Source of the DNA: Octopus bimaculoides | Taxonomy: Eukaryota | Direction of reading: 5' to 3' | Assembly (NCBI RefSeq): GCF_001194135.2 | Contig: NC_068999.1 | Location: 18,388,571-18,452,570, forward strand | Length of the DNA stretch: 64,000 bases | In this document: positions 25,735 through 39,399 of the stretch, in pieces | How the letters are laid out: each line of letters begins with the position of its first letter | Numbering within the stretch: position 1 is the first letter of the stretch | Notes under the pieces: generated by a model | Told to the model about the DNA's origin: nothing | Seen by the model: only the letters and a program-made list of their open reading frames with translations | The model's database searches: none | Position numbers and translations under genes: made by a program

Positions 25735-26480
25735 AATCATAGCAAATGCGCTGATAATGACAGTGTAATCGTTTCTAAAATATCAACAGAAATGTTCAGA
25801 GAACTATAAGAAGAAAGCCAAAAATGTGGACTCACAGTTGACAGTAGTAAAACGAAGATAATCTCCAAAAATCTAAGCAGAACTAGAAATGCACTAATAG
25901 ATTATGAAATAGTTGAAAATGTTAAAGAATACACTATCAGGGACTACTAATTTCTTTACAAGATAAAGAAATAAAAAAAAAAAACTCACCACAGGAATTG
26001 TAAATCACATACAACTGTGATAAGCACTTTTTTGGTAAGTAGAATCACATCATGATTAGTAACTTGTTTTTAGGTCTAAAGGTTAAGGTTCGCAGCCAAT
26101 GTGTGATCCGTACTAGTTTCTATGCAACGGAAACATGGACTACCAACATTGAAAAGAGATTATGATTGACACAAAGAGCCATGTACTTAAGAATGCAGAA
26201 TATTAACAAAATGAATAAGTGGAGAAACAATAGGATTTGAGTAGCAATAGGTTTTAAAGGATATTATCTTAAAAAGAAAGAAAAAACATCATGAATTGGT
26301 TTTTCGAGAGACAAGCGTTTAAGAGAAAGGTTAATAGATGGAATAACAGATTCACAGGCTGGAGAGCGGGAACAGAATAATGAAGCGGGAGTGTGGGAAA
26401 ACATTTAGAAATTTGAATAAAAATTTCTGAAATTCTTTGACATCTAGACGTGGATGAGGTGACCATTAAGCCGTGGTTGA
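25735..26480 (+). mobile_element. RTE-like non-LTR retrotransposon, decayed RT C-terminal fragment
   Basis: Translated pieces CADN (YADD-like), EESQKCGLTVDSSKTKI, EIVENVKEY, LKVKVRSQCV..FYATETWT, LTQRAM, WRNNRI and KPW near the end; many stops and frameshifts. Confidence 0.8.
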
Positions 26481-26575
26481 TGGGGAGAACAGATTGTGAA
26501 CATATGCAGACTCAACAGCTGTGGACATTAACATATGCAAGGATGATGCATGTATGTATGTGTGGGTGTATAGCA

Positions 26576-26621
<46 letters not shown>

Positions 26622-27099
26622 TTGTGTATATACACATACATACACACATACATACATGCATCAACACATGTACAAATGTAAACTGCGCTGCAATGCGTAT
26701 TGGTGTGTGTGTGTGTGTGTGCGTATGTGTTTCAGTGTGAGTGTATAAATGCTAATGTCCAATGAATCAGGCCATCATCATTACGACCCTTTTCCGGATA
26801 TCACACTATCAGAAATATAGAACAGGCAATTTAATTAATTAATACTCACAACTACCTTATTGTGACCTTTGCAATAGTCCAAAGAAATAATTATTATTAA
26901 ATAATGTTGTAGCGATTTAAATTACTATTTCGCGAAAGACAATGTGATGACACAGGAATTAGAATTTCCAATTACTCTCATAAATGCAGCTGTCGACACA
27001 TGTTAATGGCAGAAAATTATATTTCTTCTCGCATTTTCCTGCTGCGGCGGAAGTAGTGATCAAGATTAATACGAACTTCATCATGATAATCTTCAATAT

Positions 27100-27168
27100 A
27101 AGGATATATGAAATAATAATGATGGTAGTGTTCTAAGGTGAATAATACTAATGAGAAGAAGGATCAAA

Positions 27169-27225
<57 letters not shown>

Positions 27226-27230
27226 ATTAA

Positions 27231-27317
<87 letters not shown>

Positions 27318-27335
27318 CATTATTATTATTATTAA

Positions 27336-27374
<39 letters not shown>

Positions 27375-27452
27375 CATTATTACTATTATTATTATCATTA
27401 TTTCCATCATGATCATGATCGTGATCATAATCATTATCCTCCTCCTCATCAT

Positions 27453-27530
<78 letters not shown>

Positions 27531-28357
27531 TATTATGGTGTAGCAGATAGTAATAAAGATGAAAATGCTAGGATTGTCGACGATGATGATCACTAAAAGA
27601 TTATTATTATCGATATTTTGTTTTTATTAATGATGTTATTTTTTAAGTCATCATGGTTGTTATTGCTAATGCAAGTTATGAGTATTAATAGTACTATTAT
27701 CAGTTGTAGCAGTAGCAACAGTTGCAGCAGCTTTAGAAGTAGTAGTAGTAGTAATCCAGAGGAATATGTTGAATTGATGATGATGATGATGATGATGATG
27801 ACGACGACGACGACGACGACGACCATGACAACGACGACGAGGACGACAGCGACGATGATGATGATGATGATAATGATGATGACGATGATGACGATGATGA
27901 TGACCATGATGACGATGATGGTGTTGACAACGACGACGACGACGACGATGATGATGATGATGATGGCGACGACGACGGAGGTGGTTAGGTCGCTGGCGAT
28001 GTCATTTCGTTGTTAGATATTTATGGTGATGAAAGTAATTTTTAACGAGAGAAATTTCTATATATATTATGAACATAGTTGCAATGCAACAGATGTTTCT
28101 ACATTGGCAGAATGGAGAATAAATTTAATTTCGATGATCGGAATGTTTCTCGCGGTTTCTATGAACTTTGTCACCTCAATCATCTTCTTCATCCTTTACG
28201 TTGTCGTCTTCATCTTCCTCCTTCTCTCCCTCCGCCTCTTCCCCTTCTTCCTTCACCTCTTCGTCCTCCTCCTCCCCTTCTTCCTTCACCTCCTCCTCAA
28301 CATCAGCATCGCCACTATCATGACCACGATCATCACATTCATCATCATCATGAGCCA

Positions 28358-28394
<37 letters not shown>

Positions 28395-28468
28395 GGCGGC
28401 AACGGCAGCAACGGAGGCAGCGGTGGCAGCGGCGGCAGAAGTGGTAGCGGCGGTAGCGGGGGCAGCGG

Positions 28469-28499
<31 letters not shown>

Positions 28500-28620
28500 A
28501 GCAGCGGTAACGGCGGCAGCGGCGGTAGCGGCGGCAGCGGCAGCAATAGCCGCAGCAGCAGTAGTCGCAGCAGCAATAGCACCAACATAAATATCAAGGA
28601 CATTAAAAGTACCATCATTA
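27100..28620. repeat. Compound trinucleotide array (ATT)n-(ATC)n-(AGT/AGC)-(GAT/GAC)n-(CTT/CTC)-(CAT/CAG)-(GGCAGCGGC)n
   Basis: Read directly from the sequence; it produces the poly-I, poly-M, poly-Q and GGS ORFs of the track. Confidence 0.97.
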
Positions 28621-29750
28621 TCTTCCTCGATGTTTACATCGTCTCCACGCTCACGATCATCGTATTCGTCAGCTTACCAAAACTACTGCAATAAATGCCA
28701 ACGTCTTGTATTGGTAACTAAAAATTTAACCAAGGACAGAAATGCGAGATTTGTTCTAATGATGACAGTGTTGATGGGGAAACCATCAATGCCAGCGATA
28801 ACGACGTGCTGAAAATTATTTTTACAGTAATGATCAGCATGATGATATTTGTATTGAAGATCCACAAATACAAGTTTTTTCCATAATCTGATTAATTTAT
28901 TAAAGATTAAAGATATGCAAAACACGCCAACGTTTTCAGATAAAGGTATTCTGATATTCATTATGTCAGCAAAATGAAAGCGAAAGCTTTATGAATTCAT
29001 GGAAAGGGATGAGCGATTATCAGAATAATTACAAAAAGATCAACTGTTTTATGATACAATTTCGTTCAGCTCGAATATATTTGTATATTTCTCTATCCCG
29101 AATTCTCATTGTTCTTTCTTCTAAATGAATTCAATTGGAGGAAATGCTTTCAGAAATATATTACTTAGGTGATCGATCTATTTAAAAATGGATCTGATCG
29201 TATTTATGAATCAGAGCTTCCATAAACTATTGTATAATTGTGTTATTTGTGGTTGACTCAAGATTTACTTTCTCAGAGTGTGGAAAAAAACATATAAGTC
29301 TACATATAAATGAACTATAAATTAATCATTATGGCCAATGAAATAAGTCCATCTGATTGTAATATATGTACATATATATGGAAAAAAAACAGGGTAAGAA
29401 GGAGATTCATCAAGAGCAAGCATATATTATAAATATATTTTCCTAGATGTGTATACATTAGTTTATACACATACATTAATAAACACACACTCACAGACTT
29501 GCGTATGGATGTATCTCTTCCCCTTTCTTTCTCTTTCTCTCTCTCTCCATATATATATANNNNNNNNNNNNNNNNNNNNNNNNNNNNNNNNNNNNNNNNN
29601 NNNNNNNNNNNNNNNNNNNNNNNNNNNNNNNNNNNNNNNNNNNNNNNNNNNNNNNNNNNNNNNNNNNNNNNNNNNNNNNNNNNNNNNNNNNNNNNNNNNN
29701 NNNNNNNNNNNNNNNNNNNNNNNNNNNNNNNNNNNNNNNNNNNNNNNNNN

Positions 29751-29782
<32 letters not shown>

Positions 29783-31494
29783 GTTAGCATGAAGTTGTAA
29801 CGCACCTCGCTTGTAGTGGGAAGTGTTTCTCCCCTCTCACTTGAAATAGAACATGTGCTTTCTGTTCCTAAAGAGTGAATGACTCTTCGCAATGCTTCAA
29901 GATAACTCACCAATGAGTGTCATGTTCTTGTCTTTAAAAACTTCTTCTATGTCCCTTATGTTGTAAGACTACATTTCGTGTTTTACATTGAATGCAAGTA
30001 TTAATCTTACATACAATGCATTTGTAATTGGTGCATTTGGTATTCTCAATACAGAGAGTTTGTGATAAAGCAAACGGTGAAAACATGGTACAAGTCCGAC
30101 AAATATCAAGGAAAATCAGCCCAAAGATTTAGGATAGCTCCGAATGACGCCAAAACATTAAGCCACAGAGCTCCATCAGGTCACATTTTTGTTGGAGGTA
30201 CCACTTTGAGAATAACACATGTACCAATGAGAACGGCATCCTTGGGTCGACTTGACATCCTTTTATTATCCAAGCATCTGAAGTACCTAACACAGAGACA
30301 CGGTATATAAGATTAACACTGGCATTAACTGTGGAAATATAAATGTAGCCTACAGCAGAAGGTGCATAGATGGAGCTTGTAAAGACGATAACATGATATT
30401 TATTGTTGAGATATCTACAAGCATTACGGAGAGATTAAACTTATTTTTGACAATATGACGACCGAAAATAGTCCTCCATTCTCTACCAAAATGCCAAAGA
30501 CTAAAATGGAGGCACACTGGGTCATCTTGATATCCTTATTTTATCCAAGCACCCGAAGGACCCAACACTCAGTGAAATACAAGAGTACGTCCTCATAAAT
30601 GAAACAACCCCTGTTCTAAATACGAGATACACGTAGAATGGAGAATACCCACATATTATAAATACACAGGTAGATTTTACTAGGTTCTTATGTAGGCGTA
30701 TATTATTAATGCGTAGGTGCATATGTAATGCGAACAGATAACTACACACACATACACACAAAATACTCGATGAAGACACATGACTATATACACGTACGTA
30801 CATTCCACACACGCGCATACACAACACCAAATATGGAGACACACATCCATGCATAATAGACGTGAAGAACATAGTCACACAAACACATACACATAAACGC
30901 ACGCAAGCACGCACACAAAAAGTAACGAACTCCGGATGACAGGAGAAAGATCGCCATTCCCTTGAAAATAATCAAGAAAAAAACATTAACATGTTCTCTA
31001 TTTAAAGAAAGCTAGAATATAAAATCTTACGGTACAAACAAATTACATTTTTGAAATCACATTTAGTTCAAAACATATTTAAATGATTAAAATATTGTGT
31101 ACGCCAAAAAGTCAACGTCTTTCTTTTCTTAGAGTGCAGAAATCTATGTGTGCATATGTTATGATAGAAGACGTGTGCTTTTGTTGAGTGACGCGCCATG
31201 ATAATCAGTGTATAAATATGTATTCTGTACGTCCGTATGTGTGTTGAAATCTCGGAAGCTATGTAGACAGACGTACACTGTTAAATACACATACATACAC
31301 AAACATACAAACATACAAACACACAGACTTAAACAAACCCATGAAAATGCAGAATACATACAAACGTATAGACAGGCATATATACATTCCTATATATATA
31401 TATATATNNNNNNNNNNNNNNNNNNNNNNNNNNNNNNNNNNNNNNNNNNNNNNNNNNNNNNNNNNNNNNNNNNNNNNNNNNNNATATATATAAT

Positions 31495-31800
31495 ACAGAA
31501 TGGGACAAGAACGCAAAACATCCAGATATTTAGGTGATACAGGAAAGGAATAAAACATCCAGATAGACGGTACAAAGAAAACAAGGACAGGTCATCCATA
31601 TTTTTGCAATTTCGGCTGGTTATTTTTGATATTGCTCCAATCTGGCCAGCCCCAAGGAAAAACTAATCTAAGAGCATTAGATTCCTTGGAAGAAAGCAGC
31701 CAATTTATACAAAAACAAGGACGGTAAAAAAACGAACAATGTTACACAAATACAATTAAAATAACAGGGCATAACAGCAGATGTATTTCGACTGATGAAT
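31495..31800. mobile_element. Unclassified interspersed repeat fragment, possibly a Penelope-like terminus
   Basis: Internal duplications AAAACATCCAGATA (31515, 31552) and AAAACAAGGAC (~31579, ~31712). Family assignment rests on recollection only. Confidence 0.35.
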
Positions 31801-34800
31801 TATACTAAATTAAGCTGGCGTGTGTGGAAATAAGGCCTTACAACAGGGACACATGATTTCACATGCGCAGAGAGGAATAACGATGTTGCACGCACAATGG
31901 CCGGTCAAAAAAGAAGGATCAAGCTTGGCCGAACATCGGTCACGTGGGAAGAGAAGAGAGAGGTAGAAGCAGATGGCCAAAAGAATTAAGTAGGGGCGAG
32001 AAAGAATTACAGGGACACAGTGAAGTGAAAAGTGGGGTGAAAGTGAGCAAGTTATGATATATATGATTGCACAAGCATACATACATGCACACATATGTAT
32101 ATACCCATTCACACTGACGCATATATATGCACATAAACAAACAAAAAGAACGCAGTTCCGATAACCGATACAATCAATAACTATTTAAGACATTGCAAGA
32201 AGCAATGAAACTTTTAGAAGAAAGAATTAAATATTTAAGTAAATGAGTGGAAATTGAACCTGTCAGTGTATTAATTAAAAATACATTAAAACAGAATGAG
32301 TCTCCCGACCCACAGTATTATACACATAATCTTATTGATACTAAAACTGTAAAGATGTTTGTCTGTACCCGAAATATCTCAGAAATAATATATTTCTTCT
32401 TTTTTTCTTTTGGCATATTTTCATATTTACCTTCGGCAGTGCAGTACAGTTTTTGGTGATATTTGAACCTCTATTTATTATTGAAAATGGTTAAACAGAG
32501 TTTATGTTTGTAATTTCTAGACGAAAAAAAATCATAGCTTCCGTGACTTCAACATACATACAGACATACAGAGTACACACACATACACTGAATTTCATGC
32601 CGTGTCACTCAACAGAAACACACGTCCTCTATCATGACATATACACTCACATAGACTCTGCTCTCCAAGAAAAAGAAAGACGTAGACATTTTGATGTACA
32701 CAATATTTTAATCATTTAAATATATTTTTAGCTAATTGTGATTTCAAAAATGTAAGTTGTTTGTACAGTAAGATTTTATATTTTAGCTTTCTTTAAATAG
32801 CGAATATTTTCATGTTATTTTTTTCTTGATTACTTTCAAATGAATGGCGATCCTTCGCTTGTCATCCGGGGTTCGTTAGTTTGCGTTTTTTTTTTCTTTA
32901 AGTTATTTACTTTTGTTCTAAAGCGAAAGAGAGGAGAAAGTGAAAGATGTACGTGTATATGAAATGGATGTGTATGAGGAAGAGGGAGAGAGAGGGAGAG
33001 AGAGTGAAGGGGTGTGTTGTCATTTATACGTACATACATCAATACCTTTGCGTACATCGTACATCTTTTTTGTATTTATGTGTGCATGTGTGTTTGTGTG
33101 TGAGAGAGAGAGAGAGATAGTGAGTGAGATGAGTGAACGTGCGCGTTCTCATGTATGTGTAAGTGGTATTTTCCCCCTCTCTGTCTCTCACATACACACA
33201 CACACACACACACACGTACATTTGATATACATATACATCTTTCATTTTTTCCTCTCTTTCACTTTTAAACAAATATAAATAAATACATTACGGAAATTGA
33301 AGAAGAAAACCAGTTCAGCTGGATGACAGTTCTGAGACTCGAAGCAACAGTTCCAGGAGGCAAAACGAAAGTTCGCTCCAAGGTAATACCATTACAAAAT
33401 TAATTTTTCTTGATTCAAAGTATCTTACCTCCAAAGATTTGGCAGATATTTCTAGCACGCCCTGCTACGACGTAAAAGCTATTTGCGATATAGGACCCGA
33501 AATACCTCGTACGTGGTAGCGGAGCGTGCAAGAAATGCAGCCAAATCTTTCCTTTTCTGGGGAAATGTGCCGTTTACGCATAATTTCGATGTCACAGTCG
33601 TTGAAGACATGCGTAATATCCTGGAAAAGAAAAAGAAACCCACGAAGCATAACTCCGTTACCTAGAAACTCAGACTTTCCACTTGACACATAAGATAACA
33701 TGTTTATATGTGAGATATAAGTCACAACAATTTAGCGTCATTCAGAATGCTATTAGGTTCGTGACCTTCTGACACAAGTCGTACAACACTCATCTGTCCT
33801 TGGAATACGATGATTTCCCTACTTACTCCATAGTGATATGACCAAGTCTGGTAAAATGTATTGTAACGTCTTAGAGCGTAGGATATTCAGAAGCAAATTT
33901 CAGAAGCAAATTTCAGGTAGAACTAGCAATTAGGATAGAAAGTAGATTAGGAATCTCTTCAATATTACCAAATATGTGGTTGTATGTACGTTTACGCATG
34001 CAGTTCTAAATATATATACTCTACGCATTAATGTTTTAATTATGGTGGCTTGCCTATTTATAGAAACGTTTTAATTTGAGTAACGATACATACTGCATTA
34101 AAACACTATACACACATATAAGATTATTGTGAGGAAACTTGTATGACATAGATTCATATCAAATACTTCGGCTCTGTTACTAGTATATTCCAAGAACTTG
34201 CAGTTATATTTCTAACAACGAATGCATACTTCAAAATATCGTGGTGCAACAATATTTGTTGTATGATTACCTCCTATCTGGCAACATCAGAAATTCAGGA
34301 AATGAAATACTTGGCGTCAAACCATATTGTTCATTCAGAAAGTTTAAATCAATAATTGACCTTTTAACATCATTTCTTCCACCAATGACAACAAAATATT
34401 TCAATATACGATCCGTTCATTCGACTTTCAGTGAAATGTACCCAATTAGGTTAAGAGGGTACATCATCTAGTGCATTTCTGTGAAGATTTGTGAAAGGTA
34501 GACCTTCAGTAGAATCGTTATGTGTGTTCAATTTATACTGATTAAAGTAATACATGCTTTCTCTATCCATATACCTACTTCCTATTTTTGTACACACGCA
34601 AACATATACACAAGTTCACACAGGGATATATGTACGCATATACACACATATACTTATGATTGAATATATGTATATATGTGTGTGTGTTTGTGTATGCCCG
34701 ACTATTTGGGTCTCCAACAAAGCCTTTTGCAATAACGTTTAAGCCAGGAACTATTCAGCACCGTCTCATAGATTTCCCGAGAGTTATCATCGTCCTTCTT

Positions 34801-34918
34801 GCGTACATTATAATGGTTAAGGAAATTCATTATTTAATTATGTTATCAGTTATGATAAACGATAAATCGTAGAAGAAATTACCATAAATACAACTTGACG
34901 TTATTAATTCCGACATAT

Positions 34919-35283
34919 AGGCGCAGGTGGGGCTGTGTGGTAAGTTGGTTTCCTCACCAACCACATGATTCCGGGTTCAGCCGCACTGCGTGACAACCTG
35001 AGCAAGTGTCTTCTACTATAGCCTCGGAGCGACCAAAGCCTTCTCAGTGGATTTGGTAGACTGAATTGAAAGAAGCCCGTCGCGTATGTGTGTATGTGTT
35101 TGTTCCCACCTCCATCGCTTTACAACCGATGCTGGTATGTTTACATCTCCCTAATCTAGTAGTTCAGAGGAAACGCCCGAAAAAATAAGTACTAGGATTA
35201 GAGAAATAAGTACTTAGGTCGATTTCTTCGACTAAGTGGTGTATTCCAACATGGCCGCAGTCAAATGACTGAAATAAATTAAA
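34919..35283 (+). mobile_element. tRNA-derived SINE family B, full length
   Basis: Head GGCGCAGG..GGCTGTGTGGTAAG...CCGGGTTCAG, body GCAAGTGTCTTCTACTATAGCCTCGG, internal (TG) tract, tail ATGGCCGCAGTCAAATGACTGAAA. Confidence 0.9.
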
Positions 35284-35600
35284 GTGTAAAGGGGAATATA
35301 TTTTGCCATTGTGATTTTTTGCAAACTTATTAACATCCTTTTATTTCACATTGTGTCCTTTTTTATGCTCTATTTTGTCTTTATGTCCTTCATTTGTCTC
35401 TCCATTTGTCTAGATTATTTGTCCCTATCTATTATTGTCTAACAGTTGCATCGTATCTTCTTCCCTCTGAAACTACTTATAAAATGACTCGCTATCTACC
35501 AAATTCTGCGCATGCTATCTATATAAAGTATAAAGCAATCATCTAAATACTACTTCCAGTTCTCCTTTATATATACACACTCACATACACACACACACAC

Positions 35601-35655
<55 letters not shown>

Positions 35656-37178
35656 TACATACACATGTGCACATATATATAAATATGTATATATATATAT
35701 GCATGTATGTATGCATACATATATATATATATATATACGCACACACACACACATATGTGTGGCAACGTGTAACATGTTATGGGAAAGTTATTGTTCTACT
35801 ATTTGTTGAATCGAATGTTTTTGAATAAGGTTTCTTTATATGTGTGTGTGCGTGTGTGTGTATACTTGTATACACGTTTACATATTCTTACATCTGCACA
35901 AACACATATATATATAAAGTATTATACAAAATACATAAGTTGAATTATATATGCACACCTATATGTACAATATCATCTTGTATAACAGGACTGTACGATA
36001 TTTATTTATGAAATATCATTTCGCCCTTATTTTAGGGGTTATAATTATGAGATCGCAATTACCACAAGGTCGCTTTCTGAAGAGATTTTGTCACCAGTAA
36101 CGACGTCTCCTGTGTTGAAAATCTATTAAGGTAAATGGTAGAACTATTGACTGGAAGTAACAGAACATTCCTGGATTCATAAGTCGAATCGTCGCCTTCA
36201 CTCACATTGTACAAACATATCTCCAGTGTAGAAGTGATTTAAGCACAAAGAAAAATATGTGAATACTTTCACCACCTAGGTACTTTGCATGATTTAAACA
36301 GAAATAAGCGAAAAGAAATAACACTTTAATAATAAATCCGAGGAAATTCCTTCCAAGGTTGTACTACAAAATTATTCATAATACGAGAAAATGTACTGGG
36401 AAAGTGGGCCTGAATAAACAAGTCGTTAGTTTCTACAAAACTTTGGTCGATAAAGTGCTTTACATGGGGCCCATCGATGTCTAGTTCTCAGGAATTCAAA
36501 CGCTAGATGATTTATTGAATGTATATAGAAAGGATTCCTTGGAGGAAAATGTAGGATTTAGTCGTTAAAATTAGTGTTGAAACTTTGCCTTCCATCTACT
36601 TCAGGTGTACTTTCGACTCTTGTAGAGTACGTTCAGGAAATATAATAAATGAGATTACAGCAACAACGTTTGGCGTATCTGTTCCACAAGTTATCGAAGG
36701 AAAAGTATGGACGCTTTTATAATAATATAAGATACGTTGTAAGTGAAAAAAAATAACTAAGAATATATATTACGCTGTCAAGAAGTTTACGAATGTTTAC
36801 CGATATAACATGTAATCTTGGTTTGAGAAATTTAGCTCATACGAATTCTTACGATATCTCGCATGAGTCTTTGTTACTTACCTCAAATACAAGGATTACG
36901 CAACATTAAAACAACTTAAGAATAAAATGACATTGTGAAATTCTCTGATCATCAGGTTAATAGATTAATGGACATAAATGAATGTAAATAGCAAACCAAT
37001 TGCATAAGCAAGAAAACAGATCAAAGTTCGATATAATCCTTTTTTAATGTCACGTTTAAATGAAACACTTGTTCTCTTTCAACACACGAACATATTCACG
37101 CACACACAGAGATATATGTAAGTGCATGTATAAGCTGATTCAGGCAATTATATACGTATATATGCGTACAGGTATATA

Positions 37179-37228
<50 letters not shown>

Positions 37229-37847
37229 CATATATATACACCGGTGTAATTCAACTAAAATTAATCATCACAAAAAAAAAATAATAATATTTTCAACGAG
37301 GAATAATTTAGCGATATTTATGCTGCACAGTGATCTATGCTTTTACTTCTCACACTTAACAACGTAAGTGCAATCAAATATTTGAAAATATAAAATATAT
37401 TTGACAAGAATTGCAATGTATTATTAAATACGAAAATTTAAATAATATGTTCGGTTTGTATACGATTATTGAAAACTTGTAACTAAGTGCGCTGAAATAA
37501 TGTTTCAGTGTTATTTGTTGGACAACGTCTTTGAAGGAAGTTAGTTCAAAATTATATAATTCAATACTTACCTCAGGAACTAGTATTATATTCATTTTTT
37601 AAAAAAAGTCTCTACAATTTAATTTGAGAACTCATGTCAACACTATCTCAATCAGTCTTTACAGTTCCATGGAGAAACCTACATAACCAAACACAAACAA
37701 ACGCACAAACAACTACACATTTCCAAAGGGTCACAGATGTTCAACACATATGTGTAGACAGTGTCTGTTTGGTGGTGCGTCTGTGTATAACAGTGTGTAT
37801 AACTACATAAATACATATGCGAATTTATCACTTTATGCACCTGCAAC

Positions 37848-38049
37848 GACCGGTTTCGCTTTCGTAAATCATGATATTGAAATTATTGTAATGTTGCATT
37901 TCCTTAAGAAGATTTTAAGCCATGTTCTTATATGAAAGTTAACGATTTATTCACAATATTTCATAAAAAAAACATGAACTAAAATCTTCTTTATTAAATA
38001 CAAAACCACAATAATTTTATTGTGATGTTTAGCGACAGCGAAACCGGTC
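37848..38049. repeat. Inverted repeat pair GACCGGTTTCGCT / AGCGAAACCGGTC
   Basis: Perfect 13-bp arms at 37848-37860 and 38037-38049, extendable imperfectly to ~21 bp, around an AT-rich spacer of ~175 bp; no obvious TSD. Confidence 0.85.
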
Positions 38050-38097
38050 TTTAATTTAAAATATATTAAAACTAGGTAACGTGAATGCATTTTCTTC

Positions 38098-38184
<87 letters not shown>

Positions 38185-38186
<2 letters not shown>

Positions 38187-38540
38187 GTAGTTCTATTTTT
38201 TATAGCGTGCTTTCACTTCAATACCAAGCGCATCACTGTGTGTTTTTATTACGTATTTGTCTGAATATTTTTTATCATAGCTAATGCGCCTACTATGATA
38301 GGAATTGTTTCTGCTTTTAGATTCCACATTCGAGTTACCTCTATTTCCAAGTCTTTGTATTTTGAAAGTCTCTCCATTTCTTTTAGAGAAACGTTGTCAT
38401 CCGCTGGTATTGATACATCAATTAGAAAGCATTTTTTCTTCATGATCTCTGACTACTATACCTGGCCAATTGGCCTTAATTTCTCTATCTGTGTGTATTG
38501 GGATATCCCAGTGTATGGTTGCTTTCTCGTTTTCTGTGAC
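38185..38540 (-). mobile_element. R4/Dong-like non-LTR retrotransposon, 5'-truncated 3' end (copy A, RLE endonuclease)
   Basis: Translation WDIPIHTDREIKANWPGIVVRDHEEKKCFLIDVSIPADDNVSLKEMERLSKYKDLEIEVTRMWNLK matches the PD-(D/E)xK restriction-like endonuclease; followed by a 3' UTR remnant and a TGA/TAA array. Confidence 0.9.
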
Positions 38541-38585
<45 letters not shown>

Positions 38586-38619
38586 GTATTATTATTATTA
38601 TTAGTAGTAGTATTATTCA

Positions 38620-38955
38620 GTAGTTTTATTTTTATGACGTGCTTTCACTTCACTACCGAGCGCAGCTCTGTGCGCCTTGGGCATATGTTGTACTTTACTG
38701 TGATGTTCTTATGGTTACTGTATTGAAAGTGTTTCGCGTAGGATGTGTGCAGTGCCCAGCAGTGCAATTTTCTGTATGTTATATATATTTCTAAGTCCTG
38801 GTGTTTTTGTTATGTATTTGTCTGTATAACTATTTATTATACCTAAGGCACCTACTATGATAGAAATTGTTTCTGTTTTTAGATTCCACATTCGAGTTAC
38901 CTCTATTTCCAGGCCTTTGTATTTTGAAAGTGTTTTCCATTTCTTTTAGAGAAAC
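38620..38955 (-). mobile_element. R4/Dong-like 3' end (copy B) with C-terminus and 3' UTR
   Basis: Nearly identical to copy A over the shared part; ends IQKIALLGTAHILRETLSIQ* followed by the 3' UTR and a TAA/TAG array. Confidence 0.9.
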
Positions 38956-39084
38956 GTTGACCCTCACCTCGTTCGTGATGGACGGGAGTTAATGTGTGGC
39001 CATGTGGCGACCCCCCGCCGGGAGATAAGGAAGGAAAGCGTACCCCGGCCGGGACCCAATACTGCGACCACACCAGTTATAGCC

Positions 39085-39094
39085 GCATCCGGGG

Positions 39095-39142
<48 letters not shown>

Positions 39143-39173
39143 ATTATTATTACTATTATTATTATTAATATTA

Positions 39174-39207
<34 letters not shown>

Positions 39208-39242
39208 CATTATTATTATTATTGTTATTATTNNNNNNNNNN

Positions 39243-39289
<47 letters not shown>

Positions 39290-39330
39290 ATTATTATTAT
39301 TATTATTAATATTATTATCATTATTATTAA

Positions 39331-39399
<69 letters not shown>

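Noticed and set aside
28023-28694. 223-aa ORF with a hydrophobic N-half and GGS tail, and the overlapping poly-Q ORF
   Set aside because: Fully explained by in-frame trinucleotide repeats; the antisense frames are equally open; no domain signal.
29912-29970. SYNIRDIEEVFKDKNMTLIG as a PC-esterase/SGNH GDS-motif exon
   Set aside because: Poor acceptor, only 20 residues, and no following DS exon found.
38955-39085. HDV-like ribozyme at the R4 5' end
   Set aside because: A P1-like stem followed by G's is present, but I could not build the P3/L3 and P2 pairings.
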